Assembly (NCBI GenBank): GCA_964016885.1
Contig: OZ024743.1
Coordinates: forward strand, 142,228,001-142,292,000
Direction: 5' to 3'
Origin: Eledone cirrhosa
Lineage: Eukaryota
DNA length: 64,000 nt
Notes under the pieces: model-generated
Databases searched by the model: none
The model's input: only the letters and a program-made list of their open reading frames with translations
Told to the model about the DNA's origin: nothing
Position numbers and translations under genes: made by a program
Shown here: piece by piece, positions 1 to 15,440 of the stretch
Numbering within the stretch: position 1 is the stretch's first letter
How the letters are laid out: each line of letters begins with the position of its first letter

Positions 1-1388
1 CTAAGCACCAAACACCAAGCCCCAAGCACCAAGCACCAAACACCAAACACCAAGCACCAAGCACCAAACACCAAGCACCAAGCACCAAGCACCTAGCACC
101 AAACACCAAGCAGCAAGCACCAAGCACCAAAGACCAAACACCAAGCACCAAGCACCAAACACCAAGCACCAAGGACCAAACATCAAACACCAAGCACCAA
201 GCACCAAACACCTAACACCAAGCACCAAGCACCAAGCACCAAGCACCGAACACCAAGCACCAAACACCAAGCACCAAACACCAAGCACCAAGCACCAAAC
301 ACCAAGCACCAAACAACAAGCACCAAGCACCAAGCACCAAACACCAAGCACCAGGCACCAAGCACCAAACACCAAGCACCATGCACCAAGCACCAAGCCC
401 CAAACACTTAACACCAAGCACCAAGCACGAAACACCAAGCACCAAAAACCAAACACCAAGCACCAACTACTAAACACCAAGCACCAAGCACCAAACACCA
501 AGCACCAAGCACCAATCACCAAACACCAAGAACCAAGCACTAAACACCAAGCACCAAGGACCAAGCAACAGGCACCAAGCACCAAGCACCAAACACAAAA
601 CACCAAGCACCAAGCACCAAGCAGCAAACACCAAGCATCAAACACCAAACACCAAACACCAAGCACCAAACACCAAGCACCAACCACCAAACACCAAACC
701 CCAAGCACCAAGCACCAAGCACCAAACACCAAACACCAAGCACCAAACACCAAACACCAAGCACCAAGCACCAAACACCAAACAACAAGCACCAGGCACC
801 AAGCACCAAACACCAAACACCAAGCAAACAGCATCAAAGACCAAGCACCAAGCACCAAACACCAAACACCAAGCACTAAGCACCAAACACCAAACAACAA
901 GCAGCAGGCACCAAGCACCAAGCACCAAGCACCAAACACCAAGCACCAAGCAGCAAGCACCAAACACCAAGCACCAAGCACCAAGCACCAAGCACCAAGC
1001 ACCAAACACCAAGCACCAAGCACCAAACAGCAAGCACCAAACACCAAGCACCAAACTCCAAGCACCAAACACCAAACACCAAGCACCAAGCACCAAACAC
1101 CAAGCACCAAGCACCAAGCCCCTAGCACCAAACACAAAACACCAAGCAAAAAGCACAAAACACCAAGCACCAATCACCAAACACCAAACACCAAGCAGCA
1201 AGCAGCAAGCACCAAACACCAAACACCAAGCACCAAGCACCAAATACCAAACACCAAGCACCAAGGACCAAACATCAAACACCAAGCACCAAGCACCAAA
1301 CGCCTAACACCAAGCACCAAGCACCAAGCACCAAGCACCAAGCACCAAACACCAAGCACCAATCACCAAACACCAAGCACCAAGCACC

Positions 1389-4300
1389 AAACACCAAGCA
1401 CCAGGCACCAAGCACCAAAAACCAAGCTCCAAGCACCAAACACCAAGCACCAAACACAAAGCACCAAGCACCAAACACCAAACCCCAAGCACCAAACACC
1501 AAACCTCAAGCACCAAGCACCAAACACTAATCACCAAGCACCAAGCACCAAACAACAAGCACAAAGCACCAAGCACCAGGCACCAAGCACCAAGCACCAA
1601 ACACTAATCACCAAGCACCAAGCACCAAGCACCACACAATAAGCACCAAGCACCAAACACCAAGCACCAAGCACCAAACACCAACCACCCAGCACCAAGC
1701 ACCAAACACCAAGCACCAAACACCAAACACCAAACACCAACCACCAAGCACTAAGCACCAAACACCAAGCACCAAGCACTAAGCACCAAACACCAAGCCC
1801 CAAGCACCAAGCACCAAATACCAAACACCAAGTACCAAGCACCAAACACCAAGCACCAAGCACCAAGCACCTAGCACCAAACACCAAACACCAAGCACCA
1901 AGCACCAAACACCAAGCACCAATCACCAAGCACCAAACACCAAGCAGCAAGCAGCAAGCACCAAACACCAAGCACCAAGAACCAAGCACCAAGCACCAAG
2001 CACCGAACACCAAGCACATTACACAAAGCACCAAACACCAAGCACCAAGTACCAAACACCAAGCACCAAACACCAAGCACCAAGAACCAAGCAGCAAACA
2101 CCAAGCACCAGGCACCAAGCACCAAACACCAAGCACCAAGCACCATGCACCAAGCACCAAGCCCCAAACACTTAACACCAAGCACTAAGCACCAAGCACC
2201 AAACTCCAATCACCAAAAACCAAACACCAAGCTCCAAGCACCAAACACCAAGCACCAAGCACCAAGCACCAGGCACCAAGCACCAAGCACCAAACACAAA
2301 ACACCAAGCACCAAGCACCAAGCAGCAAACACCAAGCATCAAACACCAAACACCAAACACCAAGCACCAAACACCAAGCACCAAGCACCAAACACCAAAC
2401 ACCGAGCACCAAGCACCAAGCACCAAACACCAAGCACCAAACACCAAACACCAAACACCAGCACCAAGCACCAAGCACCAAACACCAAGCACCAAGCACT
2501 AAGCACCAAACACCAAGCCCCAAGCACCAAGCACCAAATACCAAACACCAAGTACCAAGCACCAAACACCAAGCACCAAGCACCAAGCACCTAGCACCAA
2601 ACACCAAACACCAAGCACCAAGCACCAAACACCAAGCACCAATCACCAAGCACCAAACACCAAGCAGCAAGCAGCAAGCACCAAACACCAAGCACCAAGC
2701 ACCAAACACCTAACACCAAGCACCAAGCACCAAGCACCAAGCACCGAACACCAAGCACATAACACCAAGCACCAAACACCAAGAAACAAGCACCAAACAC
2801 CAAGGACCAAACACCAAGCACCAAGAACCAAGCACCAAACACCAAGCACCAGGCACCAAGCACCAAACACCAAGCACCATGCACCAAGCACCAAGCCCCA
2901 AACACTTAACACCAAGCACCAAGCACCAAACACCAATCACCAAAAACCAAACACCAAGCACCAAGTACCAAACACCAAGCACCAAGCACCAAACAACAAG
3001 CACCAAGCACCAATCACCAAACACCAAGAACCAAGCACCAAACACCAAGCACCAAGCACCAAGCACCAGGCACCAAGCACCAAGCACCAAACACAAAACA
3101 CCAAGCACCAAGCACCAAGCAGCAAACACCAAGCATCAAACACCAAACACCAAACACCAAGCACCAAACACCAAGCACCAAGCACCAAACACGAAACACC
3201 AAGCACCAAGCACCAAGCACCAAACACCAAACACCAAGCACCAAACACCAGATACCAAGCACCAAGCACCAAACACCAAACACCAAGCACCAAGCACCAA
3301 ACACCAAACAACAAGCACCAGGCACCAAGCACCAAACACCAAACACCAAGCACCAAGCCCCAAACACCAAACACCAAGCACGCAGCATCAAACACCAAGC
3401 ACCAAGCACCAAGCACCAAACACCAAGCACCAAGCACTAAACACCAAGCACCAAACACAAAGCACCAAGCACCAAACACCAAGCACCAAGCACCAAACAC
3501 CAAGCACCAAGCACCAAACACCAAACCACAAGCACCAAACACCAAACACCAAACCCCAAGCACCAAGCACCAAACACTAATCACCAAGCACCAAGCACCA
3601 AACAACAAGCAGCAAGCACCAAGCACCAGGCACCAAGCACCAAGCACCAAACACTAATCACCAAGCACCAAGCACCAAGCACCAAACACCAAGCACCAAG
3701 CACCAAGCACCAAACACCAAGCACCAAGCACCAAACACCAAACACCAAGATCCAAAGACCGAGCACCAAGCACCAAGCACCAAGCACCAAACAATAAGCA
3801 CCAAGCACCAAACACCAAGCACCAAGCACCAAACACCAACCACCCAGCACCAAGCACCAAGCACCAAACACCAAGCACCAAACACCAAACACCAAGCACC
3901 AAGCACCAAGCATGAAGCACCAAACACCAAGCACCAAGCACTAAGCACCAAACACCAAGCCCCAAGCACCAAGCACCAAACACCAAACACCAAGCACCAA
4001 GCACCAAACACCAAGCACCAAGCACCAAGCACCTAGCACCAAACACCAAGCAGCAAGCAGCAAGCACCAAAGACCAAACACCAAGCACCAAGCACCAAAC
4101 ACCAAGCACCAAGGACCAAACATCAAACACCAAGCACCAAGCACCAAACACCTAACACCAAGCACCAAGCACCAAGCACCAAGCACCGAACACCAAGCAC
4201 CAAACACCAAGCACCAAACACCAAGCACCAAGCACCAAACACCAAGCACCAAACAACAAGCACCAAGCACCAAGCACCAAACACCAAGCACCAAAAACCA

Positions 4301-7300
4301 AACACCAAGCACCAACTACTAAACACCAAGCACCAAGCACCAAACACCAAGCACCAAGCACCAATCACCAAACACCAAGAACCAAGCACCAAACACCAAG
4401 CACCAAGGACCAAGCAACAGGCACCAAGCACCAGGCACCAAACACAAAACACCAAGCACCAAGCACCAAGCAGCAAACACCAAGCATCAAACACCAAACA
4501 CCAAACACCAAGCACCAAACACCAAGCACCAACCACCAAACACCAAACCCCAAGCACCAAGCACCAAGCACCAAACACCAAACACCAAGCACCAAACACC
4601 AAACACCAAGCACCAAGCACCAAACACCAAACAACAAGCACCAGGCACCAAGCACCAAACACCAAACACCAAGCAAACAGCATCAAAGACCAAGCACCAA
4701 GCACCAAACACCAAACACCAAGCACCAAACACCAGCCCCCAAGCACCAATCACCAAACACCAAACACCAAGCACTAAGCACCAAACACCAAACAACAAGC
4801 AGCAGGCACCAAGCACCAAGCACCAAACACCAAGCACCAAGCAGCAAGCACTAAACACCAAGCACCAAGCACCAAGCACCAAGCACCAAGCACCAAACAC
4901 CAAGCACCAAGCACCAAACAGCAAGCACCAAACACCAAGCACCAAACACCAAGCACCAAACACCAAGCACCAAACACCAAACACATAGCACCAAGCACCA
5001 AACACCAAACACCAAGCACCAAGCACCAAACACCAAGCACCAAGCACCAAGCCCCTAGCACCAAACACAAAACACCAAGCAAAAAGCACAAAACACCAAG
5101 CACCAAACACCAAACACCAAACACCAAGCAGCAAGCAGCAAGCACCAAACACCAAACACCAAGCACCAAGCACCAAATACCAAACACCAAGCACCAAGGA
5201 CCAAACATCAAACACCAAGCACCAAGCACCAAACGCCTAACACCAAACACCAAGCACCAAGCACCAAGCACCAAGCACCAAACACCAAGCACCAATCACC
5301 AAACACCAAGCACCAAGCACCAAACACCAAGCACCAGGCACCAAGCACCAAAAACCAAGCACCAAGCACCAAACACCAAGCACCAAACATAAAGCACCAA
5401 GCACCAAACACCAAACCCCAAGCACCAAACACCAAACCTCAAGCACCAAGCACCAAACACTAATCACCAAGCACCAAGCACCAAACAACAAGCACAAACA
5501 CCAAGCACCAGGCACCAAGCACCAAGCACCAAACACTAATCACCAAGCACCAAGCACCAAGCACCACACAATAAGCACCAAGCACCAAACACCAAGCACC
5601 AAGCACCAAACACCAACCACCCAGCACCAAGCACCAAACACCAAGCACCAAACACCAAACACCAAACACCAACCACCAAGCACTAAGCACCAAACACCAA
5701 GCACCAAGCACTAAGCACCAAACACCAAGCCCCAAGGACCAAGCACCAAATACCAAACACCAAGTACCAAGCACCAAACACCAAGCACCAAGCACCAAGC
5801 ACCTAGCACCAAACACCAAACACCAAGCACCAAGCACCAAACACCAAGCACCAATCACCAATCACCAAACACCAAGCAGCAAGCAGCAAGCACCAAACAC
5901 CAAACACCAAGAACCAAGCACCGAGCACCAAGCACCGAACACCAAGCACATTACACAAAGCACCAAACACCAAGCACCAAGCACGAAACACCAAGCACCA
6001 GGCACCAAGCACCAAAAACCAAGCTCCAAGCACCAAACACCAAGCACCAAACACAAAGCACCAAGCACCAAACACCAAACCCCAAGCACCAAACACCAAA
6101 CCTCAAGCACCAAGCACCAAACACTAATCACCAAGCACCAAGCACCAAACAACAAGCACAAAGCACCAAGCACCAGGCACCAAGCACCAAGCACCAAACA
6201 CTAATCACCAAGCACCAAGCACCAAGCACCACACAATAAGCACCAAGCACCAAACACCAAGCACCAAGCACCAAACACCAACCACCCAGCACCAAGCACC
6301 AAACACCAAGCACCAAACACCAAACACCAAACACCAACCACCAAGCACTAAGCACCAAACACCAAGCACCAAGCACTAAGCACCAAACACCAAGCCCCAA
6401 GCACCAAGCACCAAATACCAAACACCAAGTACCAAGCACCAAACACCAAGCACCAAGCACCAAGCACCTAGCACCAAACACCAAACACCAAGCACCAAGC
6501 ACCAAACACCAAGCACCAATCACCAAGCACCAAACACCAAGCAGCAAGCAGCAAGCACCAAACACCAAGCACCAAGAACCAAGCACCAAGCACCAAGCAC
6601 CGAACACCAAGCACATTACACAAAGCACCAAACACCAAGCACCAAGTACCAAACACCAAGCACCAAACACCAAGCACCAAGAACCAAGCAGCAAACACCA
6701 AGCACCAGGCACCAAGCACCAAACACCAAGCACCAAGCACCATGCACCAAGCACCAAGCCCCAAACACTTAACACCAAGCACTAAGCACCAAGCACCAAA
6801 CTCCAATCACCAAAAACCAAACACCAAGCTCCAAGCACCAAACACCAAGCACCAAGCACCAAGCACCAGGCACCAAGCACCAAGCACCAAACACAAAACA
6901 CCAAGCACCAAGCACCAAGCAGCAAACACCAAGCATCAAACACCAAACACCAAACACCAAGCACCAAACACCAAGCACCAAGCACCAAACACCAAACACT
7001 GAGCACCAAGCACCAAGCACCAAACACCAAGCACCAAACACCAAACACCAAACACCAGCACCAAGCACCAAGCACCAAACACCAAGCACCAAGCACTAAG
7101 CACCAAACACCAAGCCCCAAGCACCAAGCACCAAATACCAAACACCAAGTACCAAGCACCAAACACCAAGCACCAAGCACCAAGCACCTAGCACCAAACA
7201 CCAAACACCAAGCACCAAGCACCAAACACCAAGCACCAATCACCAAGCACCAAACACCAAGCAGCAAGCAGCAAGCACCAAACACCAAGCACCAAGCACC

Positions 7301-10300
7301 AAACACCTAACACCAAGCACCAAGCACCAAGCACCAAGCACCAAGCACCGAACACCAAGCACATAACACCAAGCACCAAACACCAAGAAACAAGCACCAA
7401 ACACCAAGGACCAAACACCAAGCACCAAGAACCAAGCACCAAACACCAAGCACCAGGCACCAAGCACCAAACACCAAGCACCATGCACCAAGCACCAAGC
7501 CCCAAACACTTAACACCAAGCACCAAGCACCAAACACCAATCACCAAAAACCAAACACCAAGCACCAAGTACCAAACACCAAGCACCAAGCACCAAACAA
7601 CAAGCACCAAGCACCAATCACCAAACACCAAGAACCAAGCACCAAACACCAAGCACCAAGCACCAAGCACCAGGCACCAAGCACCAAGCACCAAACACAA
7701 AACACCAAGCACCAAGCACCAAGCAGCAAACACCAAGCATCAAACACCAAACACCAAACACCAAGCACCAAACACCAAGCACCAAGCACCAAACACGAAA
7801 CACCAAGCACCAAGAACCAAGCACCAAACACCAAACACCAAGCACCAAACACCAGATACCAAGCACCAAGCACCAAACACCAAACACCAAGCACCAAGCA
7901 CCAAACACCAAACAACAAGCACCAGGCACCAAGCACCAAACACCAAACACCAAGCACCAAGCCCCAAACACCAAACACCAAGCACGCAGCATCAAACACC
8001 AAGCACCAAGCACCAAGCACCAAACACCAAGCACCAAGCACTAAACACCAAGCACCAAACACAAAGCACCAAGCACCAAACACCAAGCACCAAGCACCAA
8101 ACACCAAGCACCAAGCACCAAACACCAAACCACAAGCACCAAACACCAAACACCAAACCCGAAGCACCAAGCACCAAACACTAATCACCAAGCACCAAGC
8201 ACCAAACAACAAGCAGCAAGCACCAAGCACCAGGCACCAAGCACCAAGCACCAAACACTAATCACCAAGCACCAAGCACCAAGCACCAAACACCAAGCAC
8301 CAAGCACCAAGCACCAAACACCAAGCACCAAGCACCAAACACCAAACACCAAGATCCAAAGACCGAGCACCAAGCACCAAGCACCAAGCACCAAACAATA
8401 AGCACCAAGCACCAAACACCAAGCACCAAGCACCAAACACCAACCACCCAGCACCAAGCACCAAGCACCAAACACCAAGCACCAAACACCAAACACCAAG
8501 CACCAAGCACCAAGCATGAAGCACCAAACACCAAGCACCAAGCACTAAGCACCAAACACCAAGCCCCAAGCACCAAGCACCAAACACCAAACACCAAGCA
8601 CCAAGCACCAAACACCAAGCACCAAGCACCAAGCACCTAGCACCAAACACCAAGCAGCAAGCAGCAAGCACCAAAGACCAAACACCAAGCACCAAGCACC
8701 AAACACCAAGCACCAAGGACCAAACATCAAACACCAAGCACCAAGCACCAAACACCTAACACCAAGCACCAAGCACCAAGCACCAAGCACCGAACACCAA
8801 GCACCAAACACCAAGCACCAAACACCAAGCACCAAGCACCAAACACCAAGCACCAAACAACAAGCACCAAGCACCAAGCACCAAACACCAAACACCAAGC
8901 AAACAGCATCAAAGACCAAGCACCAAGCACCAAACACCAAACACCAAGCACCAAAAACCAAACACCAAGCACCAACTACTAAACACCAAGCACCAAGCAC
9001 CAAACACCAAGCACCAAGCACCAATCACCAAACACCAAGAACCAAGCACCAAACACCAAGCACCAAGGACCAAGCAACAGGCACCAAGCACCAGGCACCA
9101 AACACAAAACACCAAGCACCAAGCACCAAGCAGCAAACACCAAGCATCAAACACCAAACACCAAACACCAAGCACCAAACACCAAGCACCAACCACCAAA
9201 CACCAAACCCCAAGCACCAAGCACCAAGCACCAAACACCAAACACCAAGCACCAAACACCAAACACCAAGCACCAAGCACCAAACACCAAACAACAAGCA
9301 CCAGGCACCAAGCACCAAACACCAAACACCAAGCAAACAGCATCAAAGACCAAGCACCAAGCACCAAACACCAAACACCAAGCACCAAACACCAGCCCCC
9401 AAGCACCAATCACCAAACACCAAACACCAAGCACTAAGCACCAAACACCAAACAACAAGCAGCAGGCACCAAGCACCAAGCACCAAGCACCAAACACCAA
9501 GCACCAAGCAGCAAGCACTAAACACCAAGCACCAAGCACCAAGCACCAAGCACCAAGCACCAAACACCAAGCACCAAGCACCAAACAGCAAGCACCAAAC
9601 ACCAAGCACCAAACACCAAGCACCAAACACCAAGCACCAAACACCAAACACATAGCACCAAGCACCAAACACCAAACACCAAGCACCAAGCACCAAACAC
9701 CAAGCACCAAGCACCAAGCCCCTAGCACCAAACACAAAACACCAAGCAAAAAGCACAAAACACCAAGCACCAAACACCAAACACCAAACACCGAGCAGCA
9801 AGCAGCAAGCACCAAACACCAAACACCAAGCACCAAGCACCAAATACCAAACACCAAGCACCAAGGACCAAACATCAAACACCAAGCACCAAGCACCAAA
9901 CGCCTAACACCAAACACCAAGCACCAAGCACCAAGCACCAAGCACCAAACACCAAGCACCAATCACCAAACACCAAGCACCAAGCACCAAACACCAAGCA
10001 CCAGGCACCAAGCACCAAAAACCAAGCACCAAGCACCAAACACCAAGCACCAAACACAAAGCACCAAGCACCAAACACCAAACCCCAAGCACCAAACACC
10101 AAACCTCAAGCACCAAGCACCAAACACTAATCACCAAGCACCAAGCACCAAACAACAAGCACAAAGCACCAAGCACCAGGCACCAAGCACCAAGCACCAA
10201 ACACTAATCACCAAGCACCAAGCACCAAGCACCACACAATAAGCACCAAGCACCAAACACCAAGCACCAAGCACCAAACACCAACCACCCAGCACCAAGC

Positions 10301-10649
10301 ACCAAACACCAAGCACCAAACACCAAACACCAAACACCAACCACCAAGCACTAAGCACCAAACACCAAGCACCAAGCACTAAGCACCAAACACCAAGCCC
10401 CAAGGACCAAGCACCAAATACCAAACACCAAGTACCAAGCACCAAACACCAAGCACCAAGCACCAAGCACCTAGCACCAAACACCAAACACCAAGCACCA
10501 AGCACCAAACACCAAGCACCAATCACCAAGCACCAAACACCAAGCAGCAAGCAGCAAGCACCAAACACCAAACACCAAGAACCAAGCACCGAGCACCAAG
10601 CACCGAACACCAAGCACATTACACAAAGCACCAAACACCAAGCACCAAG
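1389..10649 (+). repeat. Tandem higher-order duplication, ~4.6 kb unit (copy 1 ~1389-5985, copy 2 ~5986-10649)
   Basis: CTCCAAG at 1427/6024 and ORF starts 2145/6742 are offset by 4597. The offset grows to 4604 (2879/7483), 4660 (4365/9025) and 4667-4668 (CACATTA 5947/10615), mainly through +7, +56 and +7 bp insertions in copy 2. Confidence 0.92.
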
Positions 10650-10699
10650 TACCAAACACCAAGCACCAAACACCAAGCACCAAGAACCAAGCAGCAAAC

Positions 10700-13600
10700 A
10701 CCAAGCACCAGGCACCAAGCACCAAACACCAAGCACCATGCACCAAGCACCAAGCCCCAAACACTTAACACCAAGCACCAAGCACCAAGCACCAAACTCC
10801 AATCACCAAAAACCAAACACCAAGCACCAAGTACCAAACACCAAGCACCAAGCACCAAACACGAAGCACCAAGCACCAATCACCAAATACCAAGAACCAA
10901 GCACCAAACACCAAGCACCAAGCACCAAGCACCAGGCACCAAGCACCAAGCACCAAACACAAAACACCAAGCACCAAGCACCAAGCAGCAAACACCAAGC
11001 ATCAAACACCAAACACCAAACACCAAGCACCAAACACCAAGCACCAAGCACCAAACACCAAACACCAAGCACCAAGCACCAAGCACCAAACACCAAACAC
11101 CAAGCACCAAACATCAGATACCAAGCACCAAGCACCAAACACCAAACACCAAGCATCAAGCACCAAACACCAAACAACAAGCACCAGGCACCAAGCACCA
11201 AACACCAAACACCAAGCACCAAGCACCAAACAACAAACACCAATCATGCAGCATCAAACACCAAGCACCAAGCACCAAGCACCAAACACCAAGCACCAAG
11301 CACCAAACGCCAACCACCAAACACAAAGCACCAAGCACCAAACACCAAGTACCAAGCACCAAACACCAAGCACCAAGCACAAACACCAAACCACAAGCAC
11401 CAAACACCAAACCCCAAGCACCAAGCACCAAACACTAATCACCAAGCACCAAGCACCAAACAACAAGCACCAAGCACCAAGCACCAGGCACCAAGCACCA
11501 AGCACCAAACACTAATCACCAAGCACCAAGCACCAAGCACCAAGCACCAAACACCAAGCAGCAAGCAGCAAGCACCAAACACCAAACACCAAGCACCAAG
11601 CACCAAACACCAAGCACCAAGGACCAAACATCAAACACCAAGCACCAAGCACCAAACACCTAACACCAAGCACCAAGCACCAAGCACCAAGCACCGAACA
11701 CCAAGCACATAACACCAAGCAACAAACACCAAGAAACAAGCACCAGACACGAAGCACCAGGCACCAAGCACCAAACACCAAGCACCATGCACCAAGCACC
11801 AAGCCCCAAACACTTAACACCAAGCACCAAGCACCAAACACCAATCAACAAAAACCAAACACCAAGCACCAAGTACCAAACACCAAGCACCAAGCACCAA
11901 ACAACAAGCACCAAGCACCAATCACCAAACACCAAGAACCAAGCACCAAACACCAAGCACCAAGCACCAAGCACCAGGCACCAAGCACCAAGCACCAAAC
12001 ACAAAACACCAAGCACCAAGCACCAAGCAGCAAACACCAAGCATCAAACACCAAACACCAAACACCAAGCACCAAACACCAAGCACCAAGCACCAAACAC
12101 GAAACACCAAGCACCAAGCACCAAGCACCAAACACCAAACACCAAGCACCAAACACCAGATACCAAGCACCAAGCACCAAACACCAAACACCAAGCACCA
12201 AGCACCAAACACCAAACAACAAGCACCAGGCACCAAGCACCAAACACCAAACACCAAGCACCAAGCACCAAACACCAAACACCAAGCACGCAGCATCAAA
12301 CACCAAGCACCAAGCACCAAGCACCAAACACCAAGCACCAAGCACTAAACACCAATCACCAAACACAAAGCACCAAGCACCAAACACCAAGCACCAAGCA
12401 CCAAGCACCAAACACCAAGCACCAAGCACCAAACACCAAACCACAAGCACCAAACACCAAACACCAAACCCCAAGCACCAAGCACCAAACACTAATCACC
12501 AAGCACCAAGCACCAAACAACAAGCACCAAGCACCAAGCACCGAACACCAAGCACATAACACCAAGCACCAAACACCAAGAAACAAGCACCAAGCACCAA
12601 ACACCAAGCACCAAGCACCAAGCACCAAACACCAAGCACCAAGCACCAAACACCAAACACCAAGATCCAAAGACCGAGCACCTAGCACCAAGCACCAAGC
12701 ACCAAACACCAAGCACCAAGCACCAAACACCAAACCACAAGCACCAAACACCAAACACCAAACCCCAAGCACCAAGCACCAAACACTAATCACCAAGCAC
12801 CAAGCACGAAACAACAAGCACCAAGCACCAAGCACCAGGCACCAAGCACCAAGCACCAAACACTAATCACCAAGCACCAAGCACCAAGCACCAAACACCA
12901 AGCACCAAGCACCAAGCACCAAACACCAAGCACCAAGCACCAAACACCAAACACCAAGATCCAAAGACCGAGCACCTAGCACCAAGCACCAAGCACCAAA
13001 CAATAAGCACCAAGCACCAAACACCAAGCACCAAGCACCAAACACCAACCACCCAGCACCAAGCACCAAGCACCAAACACCAAGCACCAAACACCAAACA
13101 CCAAGCACCAAGCACCAAGCACGAAGCACCAAACACCAAGCACCAAGCACTAAGCACCAAACACCAAGCCCCAAGCACCAAGCACCAAACACCAAACACC
13201 AAGCACCAAGCACCAAACACAAAGCACCAAGCACCAAGCACCTAGCACCAAACACCAAGCAGCAAGCAGCAAGCACCAAAGACCAAACACCAAGCACCAA
13301 GCACCAAACACCAAACACCAAGGACCAAACATCAAACACCAAGCACCAAGCACCAAACACCTAACACCAAGAAACAAGCACCAAGCACCAAGCACCAAGC
13401 ACCGAACACCAAGCACCAAACACCAAGCACCAAACACCAAGCACCAAGCACCAAACACCAAGCACCAAACAACAAGCACCAAGCACCAAGCACCAAACAC
13501 CAAGCACCAGGCACCAAGCACCAAACACCAAGCACCATGCACCAAGCACCAAGCCCCAAACACTTAACACCAAGCACCAAGCACGAAACACCAAGCACCA

Positions 13601-15440
13601 AAAACCAAACACCAAGCACCAACTACTAAACACCAAGCACCAAGCACCAAACACCAAGCACCAAGCACCAATCACCAAACAACAAGAACCAAGCACCAAA
13701 CACCAAGAACCAAGGACCAAGCAACAGGCATCAAGCACCAAGCACCAAACACAAAACACCAAGCACCAAGCACCAAGCAGCAAACACCAAGCATCAAACA
13801 CCAAACACCAAACACCAACCACCAAACACCAAGCACCAACCACCAAACACCAAATCCCAAGCACCAAGCACCAAGCACCAAACACCAAACACCAAGCACC
13901 AAACACCAAACACCAAGCACCAAGCACCAAACACCAAACAACAAGCACCAGGCACCAAGCACCAAACACCAAACACCAAGCAAACAGCATCAAAGACCAA
14001 GCACCAAGCACCAAACACCAAACACCAAGCACCAAACACCAGCCCCCAAGCACCAATCACCAAACACCAAACACCAAGCACTAAGCACCAAACACCAAAC
14101 AACAAGCAGCAGGCACCAAACACCAAGCACCAAACACCAAGCACCAAGAACCAAGCAGCAAACACCAAGCACCAGGCACCAAGCACCAAACACCAAGCAC
14201 CATGCACCAAGCACCAAGCCCCAAACACTTAACACCAAGCACCAAGCACCAAGCACCAAACTCCAATCACCAAAAACCAAACACCAGGCACCAAGTACCA
14301 AACACCAAGCACCAAGCACCAAACACCAAGCACCAAGCACCAATCACCAAATACCAAGAACCAAGCACCAAAAACCAAGCACCAAGCACCAAGCACCAGG
14401 CACCAAGCACCAAGCACCAAACACAAAACACCAAGCACCAAGCACCAAGCAGCAAACACCAAGCATCAAACACCAAACACCAAACACCAAGCACCAAACA
14501 CCAAGCACCAAGCACCAAACACCAAACACCAAGCACCAAGCACCAAGCACCAAACACCAAACACCAAGCACCAAACATCAGATACCAAGCACCAAGCACC
14601 AAACACCAAACACCACGCATCAAGCACCAAACACCAAACAACAAGCACCAGGCACCAAGCACCAAACACCAAACACCAAGCACCAAGCACCAAACAACAA
14701 ACACCAAGCATGCAGCATCAAACACCAAGCACCAAGCAGCAAGCACCAAACACCAAGCACCAAGCACCAAACACCAACCACCAAACACAAAGCACCAAGC
14801 ACCAAACACCAAGTACCAAGTACCAAACACCAAGCACCAAGCACAAACACCAAACCACAAGCACCAAACACCAAACCCCAAGCACCAAGCACCAAACACT
14901 AATCACCAAGCACCAAGCACCAAACAACAAGCACCAAGCACCAAGCACCAGGCACCAAGCACCAAGCACCAAACACTAATCACCAAGCACCAAGCACCAA
15001 GCACCAAGCACCAAACACCAAGCAGCAAGCAGCAAGCACCAAACACCAAACACCAAGCACCAAGCACCAAACACCAAGCACCAAGGACCAAACATCAAAC
15101 ACCAAGCACCAAGCACCAAACACCTAACACCAAGCACCAAGCACCAAGCACCAAACACCGAACACCAAGCACATAACACCAAGCACCAAACACCAAGAAA
15201 CAATCACCAAACACGAAGCACCAGGCACCAAGCACCAAACACCAAGCACCATGCACCAAGCACCAAGCCCCAAACACTTAACACCAAGCACCAAGCACCA
15301 AACACCAATCACCAAAAACCAAACACCAAGCACCAAGTACCAAACACCAAGCACCAAGCACCAAACAACAAGCACCAAGCACCAATCACCAAACACCAAG
15401 AACCAAGCACCAAACACCAAGCACCAAGCACCAAGCACCA
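10700..15440 (+). repeat. Dispersed duplication of a ~1.2 kb block (~10.7-11.9 kb and ~14.15-15.4 kb; offset 3464)
   Basis: The 324-aa + strand pseudo-ORFs 10738..11712 and 14202..15176 are nearly identical. The 6-mer CACAAA is shared at 11378/14842. Confidence 0.85.
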
